DNA of 11,762 nucleotides from Armatimonadota bacterium (GTDB taxonomy: Bacteria > Armatimonadota > UBA10988). The first letter of the stretch is position 1. Each line of letters starts with the position of its first letter. The DNA is taken from positions 1 to 11,762 of the forward strand of contig JACRKZ010000161.1 of assembly GCA_016235455.1 (NCBI GenBank), given 5' to 3'. Below, piece after piece: positions 5,393-11,762 of the stretch. Made by a program: the position numbers and the translations under genes. The notes under the pieces were generated by a model. That model saw only the letters and a list, made by a program, of their open reading frames with translations, ran no database searches and had not been told where the DNA came from.

Positions 5393-7078
5393 TTGAGTAC
5401 ACCGACCGTCGTCCGCACGACGCAGCGTATCGCGTGGATCGAACCCTCGCGCATGCCGTATGGGGTCGACGACCAGAACATCTACACGGGGGTGCTCTTT
5501 CCACGTGGCGGGCCGAAGATGGCCGCCGTCCTCGGCCAGTTGGGCTATGAGGTGGAGGTCATCTCGGGCGAGCTGTCGGCCATCGACCACGAGGCCATCG
5601 CCCGCGACTTTGATCTGGCCTGCATTTCGGTGCTCTCCAACACCGCGCCGCACGGCCTCGTGCTCGGCCGCTGGCTGACCGAACTGGGTCTGCCCGTGGT
5701 CATGGGCGGGTATCAGTTCGCCCACCGCGACACCACCGAAGCCTGTATGGCGCCCACCGATCAAGCCCTCGACTTCGTGCCCTATGTGATCCGCGGCGAG
5801 GGCTACACGGCCCTGCCGGCCTTCCTGGAGGCGCTGGAGGGCAAGCGGCCGTTGAGCGCCGTGCGTGGCCTCAGCTACCGTGATGCGGCGGGCCGCACCA
5901 TCCACAACGAGACCGCCGAACTGCTCTCGCGCGAGGCCATCAACGAACTGCCACCGGCCAACTGGCGCGCCGTGCGCGACCGCGACAGGATGGTCGTGGC
6001 CGCCGTACATGGCATGCAGGGCTGCCCGCGGTCGTGCTCGTGGTGCGCCGTCTGGCCGCGCGACGGTCGCACCGACCGCAACAGCACCCCCGACCACTTC
6101 GTCGACGAGCTCCAGGCCGTGCTGGCCAGCAGCGATTTCCTCAGCGTGTTCTTCTCGGCCGACAACTTCCCCGCCTTCCCGCGTTGGGCGACCGAAGTCT
6201 GCCAGGAGATCAACCGCCGCGGCATCGACATCAACTGGTCGTGCCAGGCCGAGGTCGGCGCCATCCGCCACACCGAGATGGTCGACGCGATGATCGCCGC
6301 CGGCTGCGAGCGCTGGTGCCTGGGGCTGGAGACCATCAACCCCGCCAGCCTCTCCGACTCGAACAAGCGCCAGTCGCGCGAGACGATGGAAGCCTGCATC
6401 AAGGAGTTGCATCGACGCGGCCTGCAGGTGCACGGCATGTTCATCGTCGGCCTGCCCCACGACACGCCCGAGTCCGTGCGCGCCACGGTGGCCTGGGCCA
6501 AGCGCATGAAGATCGAGACGGTCCAGTTCCTGTGCCTCATCGACCTGCCCGGCTCGGCCGACTACGAGCAGTTCAACCTGGCGGAGAACTCGTTCCGCCC
6601 GCTCAAGGGAGCCTACGAACCGCTTAACTGGCTGTTCGTCAACGGCCATTACGCGCGTCTGGGTAATGAGACCATGACCGTCTCGGATGTGCAGACCGCT
6701 GCCGAGAATGCCATGCTGTCGTTCTACACGGTACCGCGCGCGCTGGCCCCGTTGCTGCAGTTCAACGCGGCCAACTACCGCACCAATCGAATCCGCGGCC
6801 ATAGCCGCTGGCGCAGCCTGCGCAGCGCACTGCTCCACCACATGTTCGTTGCCGGCCTGCGCTTCCGCGGCGTGATCAACATCAGCCGCTGGAAGAGCAA
6901 CCCCCTGAACAAGGCCTACCGCCGCTTGGTCAAGGCCGAGGACTGGCAGACCGAGCCGCTCATCGAGCAGATGCTGTTCGCCCTGCCGGCCACCTGGCTG
7001 CGCACCTTCGAGCAGGTGTACCGCGAGCGACAGGCCCGGCTGGAGCGACTCGCGAGCGAGCAGATCGCCGCCGGATAG
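5393..7078 (+). CDS. B12-binding domain-containing radical SAM protein (561 aa)
   Basis: CxxxCxxC motif CPRSCSWC at 6023-6046. N-terminal cobalamin-binding-like domain (DLACISVLS..., PVVMGG, YVIRGEGY, VRGLSYR). Radical SAM core motifs DNF, AGC..LGLET, NK.Q, HGMFIVGLPHDT and LPGS. TTG start with GGAG at 5383-5386. Confidence 0.92.
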   Translation: MSTPTVVRTTQRIAWIEPSRMPYGVDDQNIYTGVLFPRGGPKMAAVLGQLGYEVEVISGELSAIDHEAIARDFDLACISVLSNTAPHGLVLGRWLTELGLPVVMGGYQFAHRDTTEACMAPTDQALDFVPYVIRGEGYTALPAFLEALEGKRPLSAVRGLSYRDAAGRTIHNETAELLSREAINELPPANWRAVRDRDRMVVAAVHGMQGCPRSCSWCAVWPRDGRTDRNSTPDHFVDELQAVLASSDFLSVFFSADNFPAFPRWATEVCQEINRRGIDINWSCQAEVGAIRHTEMVDAMIAAGCERWCLGLETINPASLSDSNKRQSRETMEACIKELHRRGLQVHGMFIVGLPHDTPESVRATVAWAKRMKIETVQFLCLIDLPGSADYEQFNLAENSFRPLKGAYEPLNWLFVNGHYARLGNETMTVSDVQTAAENAMLSFYTVPRALAPLLQFNAANYRTNRIRGHSRWRSLRSALLHHMFVAGLRFRGVINISRWKSNPLNKAYRRLVKAEDWQTEPLIEQMLFALPATWLRTFEQVYRERQARLERLASEQIAAG

Positions 7079-7098
7079 ACGGCCCGCGACCATCGTGC

Positions 7099-7123
7099 GC
7101 CGGCCGGGAAGGACTCGGCCGGC
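7099..7123 (+). other. Intergenic GC-rich hairpin (8-bp stem) after the radical SAM gene
   Basis: gccggccg (7099-7106), loop ggaaggact, cggccggc (7116-7123). No U-tract, so the function is unclear. Confidence 0.35.
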
Positions 7124-7162
7124 ACCCGGCGAACGGCACACCCGATTTGAGGGAGTGTGTCA

Positions 7163-8455
7163 ATGGACAGAGCCGGACAGATGGATCGGCGCGGGTTCCT
7201 GCGCAGCGCGGCGGGCGCTGGCGCCGGCGTGGCCTTGTTCCACATCGTGCCAGCGTGGGGCCAGGACAGGCCGGCGCCCAGCAACCGCATCGTCATGGGC
7301 GCCATCGGCGTTGGCGGCATGGGCAGCGGCAACCTCGACGCGTTCCTCGGCCAAAGCGATGTGCAGGTCGTGGGCGTGTGCGATGTCGATACCAACAACC
7401 TGGAGCGGGCCAAGAAGCGCGTCAACGACCGCTACGGCAACCAGGACTGCCAGGCCTACGGCGACTTCCGCGAACTGCTGGCTCGCGGCGACCTGGACGC
7501 GGTGTCCATGGCCACGCCCGACCACTGGCACTCCATCACGGCCATCGCCGCGGCGCGCGCGGGCTGCGACATGTACGGCGAGAAGCCGCTGACCCACAGC
7601 CTGGGCGAAGGTCGCGCGCTGGTCAACGCTTTCCGTGACGGCGGCCGCGTCTGGCAGACGGGCAGTTGGCAACGCTCGGTGGACAACTTCTACCAGGGCG
7701 CCATGCGCGTGCGCAACGGCCGGCTGGGCAAGGTTGTGCGCATCGAGGTCGGCCTGCCCACGGGCGGCAAGTGCGGCCCCGTGACCTACAAGGACGCGCC
7801 GCCCAACCTCAACTACGACATGTGGGTCGGCCCGTCACGCTACAAGCCGTACTGCGATAAGCGCACCCATTGGGACTGGCGCTGGCAGCTCGACTTCGGC
7901 GGCGGCCAGATGATGGACTGGATCGGCCACCACGGCGACATCGCCCATTGGGGCATGGGTTGGGACCATACCGGCCCCGTGGAGATCGAGGGCTCCGCCG
8001 TCTACCCCGACGAAGGCATCTGGGACGCGCCGATGACCTACTCGTTCACCGCCAAGTACGCCGACGGCACCGAGATGGTCGTGGCCAACGCCCACGGCGA
8101 CCACCGCATGGGCACCAAGTGGATCGGAGAGAACGGCCACTGGATCTGGGTCGACCGCGGCAACCAGGACTCGTTCCCCAAGAACCTGCTGACCGACCCG
8201 GTGGGCGCGGGCGAGATCCAGCTCATCCGCTCGAACAACCACCACCGCAACTTCCTGGACGCGGTCAAGACGCGCCAGCTCACCATCACCCCCGCGGAGG
8301 CGGCGCATCGCTCGGCGAGCATCGGCCATCTGGGCCAGATCGCCATGATGCTGGGCCGCAAACTCAAATGGGACCCCGCCACCGAGACCTTCGCCAACGA
8401 CGCCACGGCCACACGCATGTTGCTGCCGTCGCTGCGCTCCCCGTGGCACCTGTGA
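7163..8455 (+). CDS. Tat-exported Gfo/Idh/MocA-family NAD(P)-dependent oxidoreductase (430 aa)
   Basis: ATG 7163 follows GAGGGAG (7149-7155). Twin-arginine motif MDRRGFL; Rossmann motif IGVGGMG; family motifs VCDVD, ATPDHWH, YGEKP, QTGSWQRS and DWIGHHGD; family-typical C-terminus RSPWHL. Confidence 0.95.
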   Translation: MDRAGQMDRRGFLRSAAGAGAGVALFHIVPAWGQDRPAPSNRIVMGAIGVGGMGSGNLDAFLGQSDVQVVGVCDVDTNNLERAKKRVNDRYGNQDCQAYGDFRELLARGDLDAVSMATPDHWHSITAIAAARAGCDMYGEKPLTHSLGEGRALVNAFRDGGRVWQTGSWQRSVDNFYQGAMRVRNGRLGKVVRIEVGLPTGGKCGPVTYKDAPPNLNYDMWVGPSRYKPYCDKRTHWDWRWQLDFGGGQMMDWIGHHGDIAHWGMGWDHTGPVEIEGSAVYPDEGIWDAPMTYSFTAKYADGTEMVVANAHGDHRMGTKWIGENGHWIWVDRGNQDSFPKNLLTDPVGAGEIQLIRSNNHHRNFLDAVKTRQLTITPAEAAHRSASIGHLGQIAMMLGRKLKWDPATETFANDATATRMLLPSLRSPWHL

Positions 8456-8478
8456 GCCGCGCGAAAGGACGAGACACC

Positions 8479-10506
8479 ATGAAGACGACCGCTCTGCGCT
8501 CGCTCGGCATGTTGCTGGCCATGCTGGCCGTCATGCTGCCGGCCCGCGCCCAGGACGACCCCTTCGCCGCGGCGGCGCGGTTCGACGGCCAGAAGCGCGC
8601 CTGCCTGCTGGCCGTGCGTGACCAGGTCAACGCCGCCGGCACCGACCGCGCCAAGCTCGCCGAGGTGGAAGCCAAACTCATCGCCGCCCTGTCCACCGCC
8701 GAAGCCACACCCGAAGGCTTGCAGGAGATCTGCCGGTTCCTGTGGATCGCCGGCGGCGAGGCCTGCGTGCTTCCCGTGGCCAAGCTGTTGGCCGACCCCA
8801 AGACGGCCGATATGGCTCGCTACACGCTGCAGGCCAACCCCAGCGCCATTGCCGGCAAGGCGCTGCGCGATGCCGCGGCAAGCGCCTCGGGCGCGGCCAA
8901 GGTGGGCCTGGTCAACAGCATCGGCCAGCGCGCCGACGCCGCCGCCACGGCCCTGTTGACACCGCTGGCCGATGACGCCAACGCCGACCTGCGGTCCGCC
9001 GCGCTGTGGGCGCTGGGCCGCATCGGCACGACCGAGGCCGCCAAGGTGCTGACCTCGGCCAGGACCCAGGATCTGGCCAACGCTCAGGCGCGGGCCCTGT
9101 GCGCCGAGCGACTGGCCGCCGCGGGCAAGACCGCCGACGCTGAGAAGCTGTATCTGGCGCTGACCGCCGCCGGCACGCCCAGCGCGGCCAAAGCGGCCGC
9201 GTTGCGCGGTCTGGCGCTGGTCAAGTCGACCAAGGCGCTCGACCTGGCCATCGCCGGCCTGAAGGACGAGAACCTGCATGTGCGGCAGGTGGCCGCCAAG
9301 CTGGCCTCGCTGCTGGCCGACAAGACCACGGCGCAACGCTACCGCGAAGCCTACCCCAGCCTCTCGGCCGACGCGCAGTTCGCCGTGCTCGGCGCGTTTG
9401 CCGATCGCGGTGACCCGGCTGCCGGCCCGCTCGCGCTGGATGCCCTCAAGACCACCGACCCGGCCATGCGCGCCGTGGCCATGGTGGTCGCTTCGGCCGC
9501 CGGCACACCCGAACTGGTCGAGCCGCTGGTCGCCATCGCACTGGCCGACGCCGGCCAGGCCCGTGCCGTTCGTGATACGCTGGCCCGCTTCAAGGGCACC
9601 GCCGCCGACCCGGCCATGCTGGCCCTGCTGACCAAGGGCACGCCCGAGCAGAGCGCATTCATCGTGGCGCCTATCTGTGACCGCGGCATCCGGTCGGCCC
9701 TGCCGGCCCTGCTGGAGATCCTGCGCGGCAAGGATGTCAAGCTGGCCAAGGCGGTGGTCGCTGGCCTGCCGCGTGTCTGCCAGCCGGGCGACCTGGCGGC
9801 GCTGTTGCAGACGCTGCTGGCCGCGCCCGACAAGGGCGTGCGGGACAGCCTGACGACGCAGATCCTCACCGTGGCCCGGCGCGCCGAACCCGCCGCGGCG
9901 ACCAAGGCCGTGACCGACCTGCTGGCCAAGGCACCGACCGAACAGCGCGTGACGCTGGTCGGCATGCTGCCCGGGCTGGGCACCGATGCGGCGTTGGCCG
10001 CACTGGTGGCCGCCACCAAGGACGCCGATGCCGAGGTGCGCGCCGCCGCCGTGGATGCGCTGGCCGGCGAATGGGACGATGCCCGCGCGCTGGCACCGCT
10101 GCTGGAGCTGGTCAAGACATCGACCGACGCCGACCTGGTGGCCACCGCGCTGGACGGCGCCGTGAGCAAGGTGGCGGCCGACGACAGACTGTCGGGCGAC
10201 GACCGCGTGAAGCTGCTCGCGCAGATCCTGCCCTTGGCCAAGGAGGCGGGCACCAAGCGCGCGATCATCACCCAACTCCGCGGCTGCCGCGTTGCCGCGG
10301 CGGTCGAGATGGCCGCGGGCCTGCTGGACGACGCCAAGGTCTTCACCGAGGCCGCCGGCTGCGTCATCTACCTGGCCGCCGAGCAGAAGGTGGGCAACCG
10401 CCAGTTGGCCGCGGTCAAGGGACCCAGCACCACCGCCGCGCTGCGCAAGGTCATCGACCTGGCCAAGGACGAAGGACTGAAGGCGCAGGCTGGCAAGCTG
10501 CTGTAG
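8479..10506 (+). CDS. Secreted HEAT/armadillo-repeat protein (675 aa)
   Basis: ATG 8479 follows AAAGGA, 23 nt after the oxidoreductase stop. Sec signal MKTTALRSLGMLLAMLAVMLPARA-Q. Recurrent HEAT units such as DANADLRSAALWALGRIG, DENLHVRQVAAKL, TDPAMRAVAM and DADAEVRAAAVDALA. The ORF-track start at 7870 is an out-of-frame overlap with the upstream gene. Confidence 0.9.
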   Translation: MKTTALRSLGMLLAMLAVMLPARAQDDPFAAAARFDGQKRACLLAVRDQVNAAGTDRAKLAEVEAKLIAALSTAEATPEGLQEICRFLWIAGGEACVLPVAKLLADPKTADMARYTLQANPSAIAGKALRDAAASASGAAKVGLVNSIGQRADAAATALLTPLADDANADLRSAALWALGRIGTTEAAKVLTSARTQDLANAQARALCAERLAAAGKTADAEKLYLALTAAGTPSAAKAAALRGLALVKSTKALDLAIAGLKDENLHVRQVAAKLASLLADKTTAQRYREAYPSLSADAQFAVLGAFADRGDPAAGPLALDALKTTDPAMRAVAMVVASAAGTPELVEPLVAIALADAGQARAVRDTLARFKGTAADPAMLALLTKGTPEQSAFIVAPICDRGIRSALPALLEILRGKDVKLAKAVVAGLPRVCQPGDLAALLQTLLAAPDKGVRDSLTTQILTVARRAEPAAATKAVTDLLAKAPTEQRVTLVGMLPGLGTDAALAALVAATKDADAEVRAAAVDALAGEWDDARALAPLLELVKTSTDADLVATALDGAVSKVAADDRLSGDDRVKLLAQILPLAKEAGTKRAIITQLRGCRVAAAVEMAAGLLDDAKVFTEAAGCVIYLAAEQKVGNRQLAAVKGPSTTAALRKVIDLAKDEGLKAQAGKLL

Positions 10507-10523
10507 CTTGCGCTGTCGCCACT

Positions 10524-10572
10524 CAACGCCCGAGCCACCCGCCACGGCGGCGTGGCTCGGGCGTTGTCGTTT
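10524..10572 (+). terminator. Long inverted repeat, probable intrinsic terminator of the oxidoreductase-HEAT unit
   Basis: Perfect 15-bp arms caacgcccgagccac (10524-10538) and gtggctcgggcgttg (10552-10566), plus an inner ccgc/gcgg stem. It begins 17 nt after the TAG and is followed by tcgttt (weak U-tract). Confidence 0.7.
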
Positions 10573-10591
10573 GGATTCACCTGCCGCGAGG

Positions 10592-10616
10592 GGAACGAGT
10601 CAACGCCGTAATCGTC
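10592..10616 (+). promoter_or_regulatory. Candidate ECF sigma factor promoter GGAAC-N16-CGTC
   Basis: GGAAC (10592-10596), 16-nt spacer, CGTC (10613-10616). It lies between the hairpin and the RBS of the discoidin-like gene and matches the general ECF 'AAC...CGT' architecture. Confidence 0.5.
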
Positions 10617-10684
10617 CGACAGTTAACAGGAGTCCATGGCGCGCGGCGCGCAACCTGGCGCCGCGGTCGAGGGAGGGAACCAAC

Positions 10685-11371
10685 ATGGAGCACCGCAACC
10701 GCACTCGTCGTCTGCTGGGCGCGGCCGGTCTGGCCAGCATTCTGGGTCTGGCTCTGGCCGCCGTGGCCGCGGAGGATCTTATTCCGCTGCCGCTGAAGCT
10801 GCCGCGTGAGGCCTTCGCCGGCACGCCGCCCGAGCCGCCCGCGGGTGTGCGTGAAGAGGACCTGGACAAGACGCCTAAGCCACGCCCGGTGCCCATGGTG
10901 CCCGCGGGCATCGCGCAGTTGGCCCTCACCAAGCCGGTGACGGCCAGCCTCAAGCCCTTCTCCGGCTCACTCGACCAGATCACCGACGGTCTGAAGGAGG
11001 CCTACGAGGACACCTTCATGGCGCTGCGCGGGAAGACGCAATGGGTGCAGGTGGATCTGGGCGCCAGCCACCCGCTCTACCATATTGTCGTGTGGCACTA
11101 CCACCTCGACCCGATCATCACCCATGATGTGATTGTCCAGGTCAGCGATGACCCGTCCTTCGGCGCTGGCGTGACCACGCTGTTCAACAACGATCGCGAC
11201 AACAGCTCCGGCCTGGGCGAAGGCAAGGCCAAGGAGTACTGGGAGACCAACGAGGGCAAGCTCATTGGGTGCGGCGGCGTCAAGGCGCGCTATGTCCGAC
11301 TTTACAGCCGCGGCAGCACATGGACCGACACACTCAACCGCTACACCGAGGTGGAGGTCTGGGGGCTGTGA
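10685..11371 (+). CDS. Secreted discoidin / F5-8 type C (galactose-binding-like fold) domain protein, 228 aa
   Basis: ATG 10685 follows GAGGGAGGG. Signal peptide ...LLGAAGLASILGLALAAVAA-E. Domain motifs LALTKPVTAS, ITDG, QWVQVDLG, VQVSDD, ARYVRL and EVEVWG. Confidence 0.88.
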   Translation: MEHRNRTRRLLGAAGLASILGLALAAVAAEDLIPLPLKLPREAFAGTPPEPPAGVREEDLDKTPKPRPVPMVPAGIAQLALTKPVTASLKPFSGSLDQITDGLKEAYEDTFMALRGKTQWVQVDLGASHPLYHIVVWHYHLDPIITHDVIVQVSDDPSFGAGVTTLFNNDRDNSSGLGEGKAKEYWETNEGKLIGCGGVKARYVRLYSRGSTWTDTLNRYTEVEVWGL

Positions 11372-11762
11372 GGCCCTGTGCGCTCCTGGCGCTGCTGTCG
11401 GCGGCCCTGTCCTGGGCCGCCGACGCGCCACCCGGCGCTGACCTGATCCCGCTGCCGCTGGTCCTGCCCGGCACCACGCCACTTGGAGAGAAGTACGGCT
11501 GCTGGTCGACGGACGACTACCCGATGGCCGACCCGCCCGACGCCAGGCGCGTGCTGCCGATGGTGCCTCGGAGCATCAGCCAGGTCGCGTTACACCGGCC
11601 GGTCACCAGCGGCAAGAAGGCCTACGCGGGCAGCCTTGACCTGATCACCGATGGCGACAAGGAAGCCGCGGAGACGTCCGCCGTCGAACTCAAAGCCAAG
11701 GCGCAATGGGTGCGGATCGACCTGGGCCAGCCGCGCGAGATCTGGGACGTCGTCATCTGGCA
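11368..11762 (+). CDS. Second, paralogous secreted discoidin/F5-8C-like protein; 5' part only, runs off the right edge
   Basis: Not in the ORF track. GTG 11368 overlaps the upstream TGA (GTGA), with GGAGGT at 11353-11358. Manual translation gives MRPCALLALLSAALSWAADAPPGADLIPLPLVLP...PMVPRSISQVALHRPVTSGKKAYAGSLDLITDGDKEA...QWVRIDLG...VVIW, collinear with the upstream protein. Confidence 0.88.
   Translation, partial: MRPCALLALLSAALSWAADAPPGADLIPLPLVLPGTTPLGEKYGCWSTDDYPMADPPDARRVLPMVPRSISQVALHRPVTSGKKAYAGSLDLITDGDKEAAETSAVELKAKAQWVRIDLGQPREIWDVVIW

Noticed and set aside
5159-7141. 660-aa minus-strand ORF antisense to the radical SAM gene
   Set aside because: Shadow ORF produced by the GC-rich codon bias of the real gene; it has no recognisable motifs.
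7870-8478. N-terminal extension of the HEAT ORF (878 aa), suggesting an overlap or frameshift fusion with the oxidoreductase
   Set aside because: The extension is Arg/Pro-rich out-of-frame text. A proper RBS, ATG and signal peptide exist at 8479, and the oxidoreductase ends normally.
8038-10545. 835-aa minus-strand ORF antisense to the HEAT and oxidoreductase genes
   Set aside because: G/Q/R/H-rich antisense mirror of an Ala/Leu-rich gene; no domain signal.
10685-10720. Twin-arginine-like TRRLL in the first discoidin-like protein
   Set aside because: It lacks the consensus Phe, and the paralog has an ordinary Sec-like signal, so it is not called as Tat.
10628-10809. AGGAG followed by ATG 10636 opening an alternative frame
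   Set aside because: SD spacing is only 3 nt, the frame is out of phase with the discoidin-like gene, and the product is low-complexity Gly/Ser/Arg.
1-11762. CRISPR array, tRNA/rRNA, transposase/integrase, exact DNA tandem repeats
   Set aside because: None seen. Intergenic gaps are short, and apparent repetitiveness reflects Ala/Gly codons and protein-level HEAT, Asp-box and beta-helix repeats.

Overview
This is a high-GC bacterial window that is almost fully coding, with two divergently transcribed blocks; I cannot determine the taxon. The minus-strand block (5149->1) encodes four apparently secreted proteins. They are a right-handed beta-helix protein with a GH136-type DGQxxDxD catalytic signature, an Asp-box (BNR) beta-propeller with GH93-type motifs, a GxGYxYP-family putative glycoside hydrolase, and the 5' end of a CSLREA/'SLRxA'-type surface protein missing from the ORF track. 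The plus-strand block (5393->end) starts with a B12-binding-domain radical SAM enzyme with unusual motif substitutions. It continues with a Tat-signal Gfo/Idh/MocA oxidoreductase, a Sec-signal all-HEAT-repeat protein and a long hairpin. It ends with a candidate ECF promoter and two tandem discoidin/F5-8C-like paralogs; the second is truncated by the window and missing from the ORF track. I see no RNA genes, CRISPR array or mobile element. The best candidates for undescribed biology are the three-fold secreted glycan-degradation operon, the oxidoreductase + HEAT pair, the divergent radical SAM enzyme, and the lectin-like paralogs that share an equal-length hypervariable segment. All family assignments come from motif recognition by eye, not from database searches.
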